From contig CM059431.1 in the NCBI GenBank assembly GCA_030390025.1, positions 113,276,001 through 113,340,000 of the forward strand: a stretch of DNA of 64,000 nt. Direction: 5' to 3'. The DNA is from Squalus acanthias. Taxonomy: Eukaryota. Both the position numbers and the translations under genes were made by a program. The notes beneath the pieces were generated by a model. It was given only the letters and a program-made list of their open reading frames with translations. It searched no databases and was not told the origin of the DNA. Of the stretch, positions 37,181 to 50,063 are shown one piece after another (positions within the stretch are counted from its first letter, which is position 1; every line of letters starts with the position of its first letter).

Positions 37181-38924
37181 ACTGCTTCTTTTATAATAGA
37201 GACAGAAGCCACCAATGTCCATATTCAATGTCTGGAGAATTCAATTGTGACATATAATGCCTGCTTAACAACATTTGAAAATCTTTTGTCCATCTTATCC
37301 CCAAAACACTGGTCCATCGCTGGCTCTTTTACTCTCCTCAAAAAGATCTTTCATGCAATGTGTCATTAACCTTTCTAAGCTCCTCTAGGTAGAGGAATGA
37401 AACATTTCCCACTTTTAGAACTCGGTGCCACCATTTATTCCCAGTTTTTCCATGATATTGGTTAAATGCAGGGTAAAGTTTCCTCTACTCTATTCCATAT
37501 TACGTCAGTGTAAATTTTCCCAATTCTCACCCAGCCATCCTTGTGACTTCGCTGCAGGCTGGAAATTTCACGCTAATTAATGTTGAATTTGGTTATTTGT
37601 GCTGTGGATTCATGCCAACTATGAACTGCATTACTGTTGTCCAAATTCATTTCACTTACTTTTTAAAACTTCGTTCTTAGCATGTGGACAACACTGTGCC
37701 ACATTTATTGCTCGTGACTAGTTGCCCTGAAGGCATTAAGTGTCACATGTAGGGCAGATTTGGTAGGGGTAGTAAATTCTCATTCCTGAAAGACATTAGT
37801 GAACCAGTTGGGCTTTGGCAACAAAAATACTTAATTGATTCTAGCCCCCCACAAGATTTATTGAATTCAATTTCACAACTTGCCATCATGGGATTTGAAC
37901 TCAACACTTCTGCGTTATCTATCTCGTGCCATAACCATTACCCTACCATACCCAATCTACTGATTATGGATTCAGGTGAACGATCAAGTTGTTCTCTCGT
38001 ACAGGACTCCTACAAGAATGCACCAGGGACCATCAAAGCATCACTCTACTCTCCAATTTTCCTTTCTTTCCCCACCGTGCGCCCCCCCCCCCCACCAAAC
38101 ACCCACTGGGACACCCCACAGACAGCACTTTACCATTTGATGTGGCTCTGATCAGGAACTGCCGCATGGCACAGAGAGGGTAATTCTCCGAGTTTGCACT
38201 GCCAGCGGGGAACCTTACTTACCAGCATCTGGGGAAATTACAGGCAGTACATTTCTGATAATGAATAGATCACTTAATGAAATGATGATTTCAAAGCTTT
38301 AAAAACTTGAATTTAATTGTCTTTTATGCCTGGTCTCAATTTTCACTTCTGTTGATAAGTTGCTTGACCTTGTTGAATCTGAACCACTCACTTTAAATGC
38401 TTAATCACAGCAACACATATTTGGCAATAACTTTTAAACTGTAGACTCAGGATTTTGACCTTTTGGATGTTGAGTTTTAATTAGCTGTCAAAATTTTTCA
38501 AAGTATGCTGCTAATGGAGAGTTTAATTGAAAACAAGCATGTGGAGTTAGGGCTATTTGCCACTACCTAATCATTTGCCTGAGAATTACATGCTCATAAC
38601 TCGATCTAGCTCTGCCCTTAATTGACTTTTTCTAAAGCGCATAATAGCTGGGATAAATTAGTCTTCTCCGTTGTGGACCTCTTTTTACCTTTGTGGTCCT
38701 TTACCAAGGAGAAACCGCAGGATAGGTGTTCCAAACAAGAAAAGGTTATTTACAATGTCACTACTTGCTACCTCACCCCTTCCAGCTCTGCCGTGACTGC
38801 TGCTATACAGAAACAGGTCCAGGTAATTGCTCAGTCTGTACATCAGATGGGTGCTTTTCTGGGAATGCTGTATGCTGGAGTGTCTATGGCTCCACCTGTG
38901 ACTGCGAAAATGACTACAGACATT

Positions 38925-39085
38925 GGCCTAGAACTTAATCTCGGGCGGTGGCACCCCGTTCTACACAGCGCCTGATGTTTAGTTCCATTGACTGTAATGG
39001 AACTGAACGTCAGGTGCTGCGTATAACGGGCGGCCGATCCGATATTGCACGTATAGCGCCACCGCCCGAGATGAATTTCTAGGTC
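38925..39085. mobile_element. 161-bp fold-back MITE
   Basis: TIRs GGCCTAGAACTTAATCTCGGGCGGTGGC / GCCACCGCCCGAGATGAATTTCTAGGTC with an internal palindrome; ATT/GTT flanks. Confidence 0.8.
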
Positions 39086-39148
39086 GTTATACTTGTGGTC
39101 AGTGGCTCTTTCGAAACACAAAGAGGTAATTTTCCTTCCACTGCACAA

Positions 39149-41550
39149 GACATCTAAGTAGAGTTTCCATTTTGGAAATGCGCTCGAAATTGCGCTGGTT
39201 AGGTCACAGTTCAAGTTTCCGCAAAAATTCGTTTACATAATCACAAACGTAAACTCTTCCATGAGCCAGTGCAATTGGACACGTACTAGAACCTGTAGGG
39301 GGTGGTGTTTTTGTGTCAGCTTTACCTCTGACTTCTGAGCGGGTCGAATCGCTCCCACTCCCTTGGTTCTAGACCCTGGACTTATTTGGGGGTTGTGATA
39401 CAAAGGTGCAGCAGACAACTGAGTTTGATGAAAGAACTTCAATCTTTATTAAAAGGTAAGACACAAATAATAACACTCTTATCACTTTAAAGGTGGGGAA
39501 CACTTCGGTACAAGCGAGGGAAATGACAGTAGAACAATACTTCACCCCTCCCAACCCCACTTTACTAGCTAAGTTAGGTTTTGAAGGACCAGGGATAATG
39601 CTCACCAATCCTTTGACAGTTGGGCTAAATCGCGGTTTTGGGGTTCGCTGTTTATGGCGGTTAGTGTCTGCCGTACCCCGTACGCGGTAGAGGACTTCAC
39701 CTGGGTCTCTGGTCAGTCTTCGCGAGTCCGCTGATGCGGTAGGATGTCGTTGTGGATTTATCTGGTGAGTACCCAATTTCTGTAGTTCAGCAGTAGGACT
39801 TAGAGTCTTTGGGGAAAATCTTACCCAGGGATAAGTCAGGAATAGTTTGTAGTGTGGAAACTTTGCGATTCTTCGGGTTTTCTTCCCTGGAGTTGGTCTT
39901 TGTTGGTCGCGGTGGCCTGCGATTACCCGATCAGTTGGGGGTAATGCGTGGTTGTTGGTTTCATGAGGCCTTTGGTTTCTGCGATGGCTTTAGGCCTTGG
40001 TTGGTGTGTCGGTCGACCTTGTGGAGCCGTCGGTGACTGGTTGCTGCTTATTGCTCCGGGTGGCTGTGTTGGGGCCGTGGGTGGAGGTCCGTCGAGGTGG
40101 TATTTTCGCGAGCTGGACTCAGGTGTGTCTGCGTGGTGAGCGATGCCGACTCGCTTCCAGCTCGGGCCTTCTTCTTCTTGGTCTCTCCTCTTCTCGCTGG
40201 CTCTCCTTCCTTCTTCTCTCTCCTGCTTCTTCTCGTGTGTGCTTGGTGGGCCTTCAATTATACAGAATTGAAGTGGCCTTATCTACCTGCCAAATCTGTT
40301 TAGTTCATTGTCTAGTTTTGGCGGGCTCGTAAATCAGTAACGATTTACTAGCACGTTAACTGGGCTTTAACAGGCCTTCAATCTGACCCATTGAATATGG
40401 CCTTTATCTACCCACCAAAACTGTTCAGTTCATTGTCTGAATTTGGCGGGCCTGCTACCAGTAACTGCTCTGTAAGTGTCAAATGGGTTTTTGGGATGGT
40501 TTGCATCCTGTCGATTTTCTTGGCTGATTGCTGGTGATGGGTTTTGTGTTTTGGGTTCTTAGGCTGATCTATAGCCTAGTCCTGCGTGCTCTGTATTATG
40601 CATATTTCTTGATGGGCCTTGTAATCGGTTTGATGGGACCAATTGTTTTGGGTGGGGCTGTCTTCTCCTAGGGTCTATTGTCAAAATGTTAATGCATGCT
40701 GGGGCTTTGAGTGAGATCATCCCGGTTCCCCAGACATTGCAATTAACTGCAATACCCAAACTGCTTTTACAGAGGTCGCACCCAACTTCCTTCACAGCCT
40801 TTTCTCCCTTTACAGGCCCAGACATGTTTTTAAAATGTCAAAACCTGGTTTTTGGTCTTAAATTCCTTATGTTAGGCCCAAATGCATTTTTATCACTCTG
40901 AGGTAGTTCCAAAGTCCTTTTTCCTTAGGTTTTGGGGATCTGTAAATTTTGGAAACCTTACAAACCTAATCAAATTTTTTCTTTCCATTAAAAAGTATTC
41001 CTTAATGTATTTAAGAGTTGTAACCTGGTGCAGTTTTATTAATTCAGCTGAAATGGGTTTATCACCAAAAATAAGCATTGTTAATAAGGGTGTCCATTCC
41101 TCCACATGTGAGTAACCTGACTTTAAATCAGTGAAAATGACTTAAACAAACTGTACTGACCATTTACTAGTTTCATTGGTGTGCACTAGTCAGTTTCTTA
41201 CTAAATTAATATTTTTTGATAAGAAAAAAACTTTTAAAACTTGCCTACTGGTGCCTGTGCGCCTAAGAAAATGAGTGCAATTTGAAGAGCCTTTCTGAAG
41301 CAGCGCAATCACTGGAATCTCGCAATTTCGACCTGGGGGGTGTGGCTAGTTTTGTGGACGGGGTCTGACGGGGTCTGATCCGGATGAATTGAATTTTGAA
41401 CCAGTTTAAAAGATTGCGGAAAACACAAACTGTAAGTGGTTTTGGGCATAACTCACTTACGTTTAAAATTCCCCGATCTTTGGCGCTGGTCTGCCCAGAT
41501 TGCGCTGATATTACTAGCGAAAATGAGCGGAAACTCTATTCCAAGATGTC
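39149..41550. mobile_element. Old TIR element split by an LTR-like insertion
   Basis: Inverted ends GACATCTAAGTAGAGTTTCC / GGAAACTCTATTCCAAGATGTC. Confidence 0.55.
39294..41106 (-). mobile_element. About 1.8-kb LTR-like element
   Basis: TGTAGG…TCCACA ends, minus-strand TATA-like site (about 40260) and AATAAA (about 39445), internal ~55-bp direct repeats (40277-40330 / 40398-40450); no clear TSD. Confidence 0.5.
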
Positions 41551-43119
41551 AATCTGTAAAAGAGATGGCTCATTCTATGAATGGAGATATTATTTATTAT
41601 TTATCTTTAAGCTTGTTTCTTGGATTCTAAGTTGATGGCTACAGTTCACACAGGGTTAATGCTGGTTTCGTTTAGCTGTTTCTGCAAGGTGTAGGAATCC
41701 AGACTTTGATCTGGTTGGCTCAATTCAACTAATATGCATTTGAGTTTTGGTTTCTGTCAAGCACAAGACAAAATAATATGCTAATGCTGATTGAATGTAG
41801 AGTATTGTTATTCATCTCCTGATAATTGGATTACTACTGCAGTAATTCAATCTAAGGCTAGTATCCTTGTGTATCTTTTCAAGGATGTTTGAATGGTTAT
41901 GAGAAATACCGTATATTAATGTCAGAACAAAATTTATGACTTCAGAAGATCCTGAAGTGGGTTGGCACAGATCAAAGAACAAATCCAGTCAGGGCTGGTG
42001 ATTTTGATTGATCTATCTCTTGTGTTACACAATCATGAGAAGGAGCAGGGTCAGTAATTGGTTGTAATACTTTGGACAGCTCTTTGGCAAGAGTTTCAAA
42101 CTGAATATATCTGGAGTTGCCTTAGTAGAGCTAGTCAGTCCACAACAGTCAGAGGTCTCTGGGCTAATTTGTTTTGCCATGCAAGACGTTAGCAACCATT
42201 TTTTTAGGGATCTTGTTGTGCTGAAAGATAACTTTGTTTCAATATATTATAAGGATGGTAAGATATGTAAATTACTGTTAATGCACTGTTTTGCACAGGT
42301 GGCACATGGTACATTCCAGTAAGCTGGTGTTCTTTGACAAGGGTTCTCTGATCTCTGGGTCTTGCGATCAATTACCTAGATATTGAGTGTGTTGCACACA
42401 CATTCTGTACGGGAACTTGACAAAAAAAGGAGTCAGCAGAGGAGAGCAAGGCTGAAAACTGAGGGACAAAACTCGTTACAAAAGAGGGGTGGAAGGTCAG
42501 CACAGTACAGGAGAAACAAAATATGCCTGAAATGGTGCAATTAAGGCTTGTGCCCATGATCCCATCATGCTGAGCTCCTAATCTCAGGTGTGCCACTTGT
42601 GCAAGATCCTTTTGCACAAGTAAGAAGGTTATGATAAAATTGTTGTTTTTGGATTGCTGACTACTCTGTTAAACCCAGCCATAATACATAAAATGAGTTT
42701 AACTTAACTAAGCCAGAATCTTGTACCAAGCCTACATGCCTATTCCAATACAATGCTGCAAGTTTTGCCACCTGCAGGCTTGAGCAAGAGCTAATTCATA
42801 CTTTAACAATGCTTTATGATTGGATTAGTATGTATTTGATTGAAAGTTCCTGTTTGAATTTGAAGGGTCAGATATTCAAAATCCAAGAATTCCTAGTAGC
42901 TCTTGTAAGAATATATAATTTACTGTAAAAGTTTGTTGTAACTTGACTAAACTTAAAAGTTGACCAAATTTAATGTACCAACGTGCCTTGAGAGGCCAAG
43001 AGACTTTCTGCTGAACAATTGTTAAAATAAAACTGCTGCGGCTGCAAGCTGTTAATCAGATAAGGAAGCAACAGACCCTGAGCAGGAACAAATGGTTGGG
43101 CATTACAAAGACAGGAGAC

Positions 43120-44735
43120 AGGGGGTCCTCATACATGAAACACAAAAAGTTAGCATGCAGGTACAGCAAGTAATTAAGAAGGCAAGTGGAATGTTGGCCT
43201 TTATTGCAAGGGGGATGGAGTATAAAAGTAGGGAAGTCTTGCTACAACTGTACAGGGTGCTGGTGAGACCACAGCTGGAGTACTGTGTGCAGTTTTGGTC
43301 TCCTTATTTAAGGAGGGATATACTTGCATTGGAGGCAGTTCAGAGAAGGTTCACTAGGTTAATTCCTGAGATGAAGGGGTTGTCTTATGAAGAAAGGTTG
43401 AGCAGGTTGGGCCTATAATCATTGGAGTTTAGAAGAATGAGAGGTGATCTTATTTAAACATATAGGGGGAAAAATTCAGTTGGTTGCGCCTCCCGTTAGC
43501 GCCTTAAGAGGGCGCTAATGGGGCGCAAAGCAGCTAGCGCCCGGGTGCAGCGATGTTTGCGCCGCTCGCGAACTTAACTAGACATTTTGCAGCGGCGCTA
43601 AACTTTATCGCCGCGATCTCCTGCGCCGGCAGATCATGACGTCACTCGAGTGCGCAACGCCCCGGTATCGCCCCGGAGCGGATATTGAGTGGCGCCCCCT
43701 GCCTTACCGCCTGACGCTAGCAACGACAGGTTGAGGGGAGCGTTCTGCAGTCATGAAGGGAAAGGGGGAGCGCTATTTAAAGGTGACCGCTTCCTGCTTT
43801 TTATTGTTGGTGCCATTTTTGAACTACGCATTCTGAGAGAGAGAGGGAGAGACTTCTGGAGAGATTCAACGTTGTGTGAAGGAGTTTTGGGTACTGAGCA
43901 GCACTTTGCAGGTTCATTTTGATTTGCCATTCCTTGTATCGATTTAGCAGAGACTGTGGGGGCTGCCCTCTGAGCTCTTTGCCTGGTACTCTCCATTGTT
44001 CTTTCCAGCACATTTGATGTGCAGGACTCTCCAGGCCGAGATTCAAGGCTGCAATGAGCAGGATGTGGATGGAAAGCAAGATTAACCATCCCCTTTAAGA
44101 ACTGGCCCGTGCCATTGTGTGTGTGTTCCATTGCTGACTGACATCACATGAGCTTCGCCAGCGCTCTGAGGTGGCGCCTCGCTCCTCGGCTTTTGCGCCT
44201 TCAGACAGGTGTGAAGCACCTGATTTAGCGCTCCAATCACCTCCAGGGGGCGATAAAAGTCAAGTTTGCAGTCGGTGGCGATAATTAGCGCCAGGCGCTA
44301 ATTTTTGCACCCGGACGATATTTGCCCCCCAAACGGGGCGCGACTGAATTTTTCCCCCATAAGATTCTGAGGGGGCTTTACAGGGTAGATGCAGAGAGGA
44401 TGTTTCCCCTCATGGGGGAATCTAGAACTAGGGGACACAGTTTCAGGTTAAGGGGCTGCCCATTTAAAACAGAGATGAGGAGGAATTTCTTCTCTCAGAG
44501 GGTCGTGAATTTTTGGAATTCTCTACCCCAGAGAGCTGTGGAGGCTGGGTCATTGAATATATTCAAGGCAGAGATAGACATATATTTGAGCTGCAGGGGA
44601 GTCAAGGGTTATGGGGAGTGGCCGGGAAAGTGGCGGTGAGGCCAAGATCAGATAAGCCATGATCTTATTGAATGGCAGGGCAGGCTCGAGGGGCTGAATG
44701 GCCTACTCCTGCTCCTATTTCTTATGTTCTTATGC
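43120..44735 (+). mobile_element. CR1 3' fragment interrupted by a family-A MITE
   Basis: LYRVLVRPQLEYCVQFWSP…; resumes KILRGLYRVDAERMFP after 44358; (TTCTTATG)n tail. Confidence 0.93.
43465..44358. mobile_element. Harbinger MITE, family A
   Basis: TIRs GGGGGAAAAATTCAGT / ACTGAATTTTTCCCCC; TSD ATA; colinear with 24308-25198. Confidence 0.95.
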
Positions 44736-45006
44736 TCTAACATCTTCAGACAAATGGTATGAATGGCCTTGGGGCCCACTGATTAACTGACTAGGTGATA
44801 AGAAGAAGAGGAAAACAACTGCCGACCATTTGTCACACAGATTGGGATACATACTCATTGAGAGGCCTGCCCAGGTTTTGGGGTATAAAAAGTGCTGCTA
44901 AAAGACACTCGGGGCTGCAGTCGGGGCAACTTAGTCAGTTGCCAGTTAAAGTCGTACGTCTAGTCATCGCCGAAACCGACCACTCGTTGGTGTTAGCACA
45001 TATATG

Positions 45007-45176
45007 GGGCTGGATTTTACCAGCCCCGAGGAGTTGGGTATGGAGGCGGGACTGCCAGGAAAGTGGCAGAATTTGGGGGCGGGTGGCAAACCCACCCCCA
45101 ACCCACCTCCGTGCCCTCTTGCTAGGAGGTGGGAAGCCATCCTGCCCCGAGTCCCATCTCCTTGGAGGTGGGAAGG
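45007..45176. mobile_element. Left end of a MITE related to 17678-18489
   Basis: GGGCTGGATTTT start, colinear with 17678-17850. Confidence 0.65.
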
Positions 45177-46600
45177 GATTAAAGCCTATTATTTCAGAAA
45201 AATACACCATCCTATGAACAGATTTTGATAATATTAATACATGACAAACTGAGTTTAAAAGTCTGGAAAGCCTCAGCGACACAGGCTGCAAACACAATAC
45301 AGGCTTCTGAGATAAGGTGAAGTGTTAACAAAAGCTGTAATACACCACAAGCTTTGAAATGGGAGATGGTTGTAAACACAAAAACAATGGCCCTATTGAA
45401 GCAAACCATTGGCGCTTCCAGAAGGTCTGGAGTTTGGGAGAAACATAATGGAATGACCCAAGTAAAGTGTAAAAAGCTAACACTCAGGGAAACAGAAACT
45501 TAGAACATTAAAAAACCATGTGCCTTTGTAAAAGTAACATCAAATAAGACAGGAAACACGATTAAATATGCAACCAATTGAGATAGCAAGAAAACAAGTA
45601 ATCACCCTAAGAGAAGTGGTTTTGATTTACAGAAGACTACAGAAAATATAATATCAATAGATGACACCAAGCAATCACATTGTTTATGTGTTAAACTTGG
45701 AACACCATGGAGACAGGAGTCTGTGGTTGTAACCAGTGGTTTTAGGATTGAATGGAAAACCTTTGATAAGAATGACATCAAATAAATACTACTGTCATAT
45801 TGTATTTTATGATGGTTTTTGAAACACCTAAACACAGAGACAGGATTCTAAAAGTAAACAGCTGAACTAACAGTAAGAATAGAAAGAAGTCAACAGAGTA
45901 TCACTAGAGACAATTAGCCTACATCAGCAGAAAACTTCAAAGAATATACCACTAAAAAAGAGTATAAAAATAAGAGCTTTTCAGATAGAGAGTCAGAAGT
46001 CGCTGGGAAGGGGCAGAGCGATTCTCGCCTTCAGAACCACTCTGTAGGCCTACAACTCTGAGTCTTGGGTAATCAAGGTATTTGATTTTGATGGATATTC
46101 TGGATTAAGAAATAAGTAGAAGTGTGGACATGTAACGAAGTTAAGATTTGAGAATAAGGATCTCTGATAAGAAATGTAAGCTATTTGTATTTTGAACGGT
46201 TAAAGTTGCGATTGCCATACCAGCTGTTAACTAAATGTCGGTTCTTTAATAAATCTATATATTTTTAAAATTGTCTCACAGAGTAATTTCGGTATCAATC
46301 TCGCAAACTCAATTTCTGTACACTCTTCTGAGAGAGTTGCAGAATTCTGGGGGGTTTTCCCGGACCCTCATAATATCCGGAAGGTTATAGTCTAGTTAAA
46401 CTTGTTAAAAGTGCTATCCAGAGGACGGTAACATCTTCAGGCCGTTCCTTTCCTTTAGGGAGAGATAGTCTGAACCTTTAGACCCAATTAAGCGTCTGTA
46501 GGATTCGGCTACCGCTAACTTTAGTTGAAGGTGAACGTCTGGGGAATACGCCTGATCTGGGGTAGCCTGAAAAGGGCTAGGACTTGTAATTATCCCTTCA
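45171..46600 (+). mobile_element. LTR (about 1.4 kb) of a putative endogenous retrovirus / LTR retroelement
   Basis: Homologous to 59665-60798; TATA (45963), AATAAA (about 46248), ends ATCCCTTCA. Confidence 0.8.
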
Positions 46601-48355
46601 ATCTCTTGCTGATTTTTAAGTAAAAGAAAGTTTTCCCCTGAAATCCTTGGGTTTTGTGTTGTCTGTTCCATGGGTCTGAACTCCATAAACTGTTGTATGG
46701 GGCAAGGGGTAATTCCACACGTCTTACACGCTTCTGTCTGAATGGGGGGAGTGGGCAATTTGAAAATCGTGGAGACCATTTGAGATTTTAGAAAATCATT
46801 TTTTTTTAAAAAAGCAGGAACATTGCCTGTATTTAAAAGTTAAAGGATTAGCTTGATTCTTAGAGTTGTGATCATTTTATTATTTGTCCACTCGAGGAGT
46901 TAGCTGGTAGGTTATTTATTGTCAATATATAACTACATTATATGACTGTTCCTTGCATTGAACTTTTGTAAAATCAATTCACTTGAAATTTTAAGCTTCA
47001 AACGATGTCTGATGCGATGCTCTATCAAAGAGGGGGGGATTGGAGTCTTGACAAAGGAAGCCTTGTTCTTGACACTCGAGGGGAAATGGAAGGATGGGGC
47101 ATAAATGTGAGGAGGAAACAATATTAATGAAGTCCAACTAATTTAATCAAAGGGAACACCTGTTGTGGATAAGCTGAATAGTGCTGTTACAAGCACTGCT
47201 TAGAATTACTTTAAAGCCGCAACCTTATTCAACGCACTATGGAATCATCAACGGCTAATTTGTAGAGAAATTCTTTTACACTGTCAGTGCTATATCATTT
47301 ATGCTTTTTCTTTGTGCACCAAGGCGTGGGGTGTTTGTGTTGTGAATGGAAACCTTTTTCCAGTTTTGCGGCAGAATATTTGTCAACTTCAAATACTCAT
47401 AGTTCAGGTGCAGATACTCGGTATTACTATGGTGAGAGTTGCCCAAGCTGGGAATTAAACATATTTTTCCACTATATGTACCAGTATTAATGTCAAACAA
47501 TTTGGATTTAATACAATTCCAGTCACATGTAGAGTAAAATAGTTCTACCGATAGTAAGGAACATCTTAAGTTGAAAATGATCAAGTACGTTTGTAAACGG
47601 TTTTACCCTTTCTACTTTGGTGACACTTTAGTCGTTTCTACCACTGGGAGACTAATAGATTGTAACTTATGTTTTAAGAAGTTTGAAGTGCACTGGCTTG
47701 GTACACTAACACACTCCATAATGCAGTGGTAAAACATAAGCTTGTTCTGCAGTTACCCATGTGGTGAATTCCGAAGCTTACTCATGCCATCAGAGATTAG
47801 TAGTGTTTGTAGTTCTTGACACGGATGAAGGGGAAATCAGAGGGATAATCCTGACCTTTGCACACCTCTCCTGCTGATTAGAGACTGACATCAAGAAAGG
47901 TTCAGGATTAGGTTCCTTGGAGATTTAAAACAAAATAAAGAGAGAATAATTTAAAAGATAAACAAATCTATAATACACTAGAAAAGGGCTGGGATCATAC
48001 CTTGCAAGAATTACCAGTAATCTAATCTACACACTCTGACTGTACTGTCAGAAATCAGACATTCTCCACTATTACTCAGGTACTGGGTACTGTTTATATT
48101 TAAATTAAAAATGGCTTTTTAATGGGGTGTGATTTTTTTAATGATTTGCCTTTCTTGCTGTGGGTCCTGCCCACACGCTGCTTTTTGGCATGGACATTTG
48201 TGGAGGAAAAGAAACAAATGGCAGGCACATGCTGTCCTCCATAGGAACAACAATTATAGTAAAAGCTATTGCAAAGGGGTAGATCAACCTGAATATTCTG
48301 CATGCTTTAGTATTGATTATTGAATTAAAGAAAGTATTAATTAGGGGGGGTGAAG
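46601..48355 (+). mobile_element. Putative deleted internal region ending in a polypurine tract and the start of a 3' LTR
   Basis: TTAGGGGGGG-TGAAG at 48341-48355 matches the LTR start; a hydrophobic then Cys-rich peptide (VIFLMICLSCCGSC) lies just upstream. Confidence 0.4.
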
Positions 48356-49284
48356 TGATGATTGGTGCCAGTGGAGTCTGTTATATGTGGTGTGACTCTC
48401 GATCTATACGTGTGGTGTGACTGTCGATCTACGTAGGAAAAAAGCTTGTGTTCCGTGCACTAAGCCTGTTAATTAGTTGGCACAAATATCCTCTGCCTAT
48501 ATTGAATAAAATGACTTCAAAAACTGCATGTATCTTGGTTACAGTGGAGAAATACCTTTCTTGTAGTTCCACTGAGTACTCAGACTTCGTGCGCACTTGA
48601 AAGTGAAGGATAGATCTCCTAAAATTCTGCTGACACGCTGAATTTACTAAAATATTTGTTCATAGTGCATTTACGTGTTCTAGGTGCATGTTATTGCTTG
48701 CTTCTGAAACATCTGTAGCTTGCTGATAAGTTTAATCTATGAAAAATATCAATCTTTGGCTATCTAAACAAACATGCTGTGCCAGTGACTGGCTATAAAT
48801 ATTCACGATTTTATGTTGTATGATTAGAATTCCCTTCCTCGCATTTAGGTAAAATTATATTTCTCCTCGGTGATATGTTTTAAAATGACATAGAATTACA
48901 CAGAATGTACAGCACAGAAACAGGCCATTCGGCCCAACTTGTCTATGCCGGTGTTTATGCTCCACATGATGTAGGAAGGGATGGGGCAACACTGACATGA
49001 ACTCTATCCTAAATCAATAGAGCGGTGATGTGCTGTACTGATTTATGATTTGTTCTGTGAAATAATATTTGTGATCTGTATAGAATAATAATGATTTGCA
49101 AGTTAAATGAAGTGTATTATTCTGTGTTAAATTGTGACTCCTCCTCTGTCATACTCAAATATAATTGGTGGATTAACATTTTTTAATGCTAAAGTCTCTG
49201 GTTTAACAACAAAGGCCGAATAACAATATTGTATATTTTAAAACCTATACTGTAAATAGTTAACCTCATTACTTGTAATCTTTC

Positions 49285-50063
49285 TCTGAAGTGCCAGGCA
49301 ATGACTATCTCCAACAAGCGAGAGTCTAAACAGCGCCCCTTGACTTTCAATGGCATTACCATCGCTGAATCCCCCACCATCAACATCCTGGGGGTCACCA
49401 TTGACCAGAAACTTAACTGGACCAGCCACATAAAAACTGTGGCAACAAGAGCAGGTCAGAGGCTAGGTATTCTGATGCGAGTGTCTCACCTCCTGACTCC
49501 CCAAAACCTTTCTATCATCTACAAGGCACAAGTCAGGAGTGTGATGGAATAATCTCCACTTGTCTGGATGAGTGCAACTCCAACAACACTCAAGAAGCTC
49601 GACACTATCCAGGACAAAGCAGCCCGCTTGATTGGCACCCCCTCTACCACCTTAGACATTCACTCCCTCCAGCACTGGCGTACTGTGGCTGCAGTGTGTA
49701 CCATCTACAAGATGCACTGCAGCAACTCGACAAGGCTTCTTCGGCAGCACCTCCCAAACCTGCGACCTCTTCCACCTAGAAGGACAAGGGCAGCAGGCGC
49801 ATGGGAACACCACCACCTCCAAGTTCCCCTCCAAGTCACACATCATCCTGACTTAGAAGTATATCACTGATCCTTCATCGCCGCTGGGTCAAAATCCTGG
49901 AACTCCCTCCCTAACAGCACTGTGGGAGTACCTTCACCACATGGACTGCAGCGGTTCAAGAAGGCGGCTCACCACCACCTTCTCAAGGGCAATTAGGGAT
50001 GGGCAATAAATGCCGGCCTTGCCAGCGATGCCCACATCCCATTAAAAAAACGAATTTAAAAAA
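49285..50063 (+). mobile_element. Zenon-like CR1-superfamily LINE, 3' fragment
   Basis: ILGVTIDQKLNWTSHI…IYKAQVRSVME…LDTIQDKAARLI; AATAAA and A-rich tail. Confidence 0.88.

Noticed and set aside
38726..38938. Cys-rich ORF resembling an extracellular domain
   Set aside because: No recognisable Cys spacing, no convincing splice sites, and it runs into a MITE.
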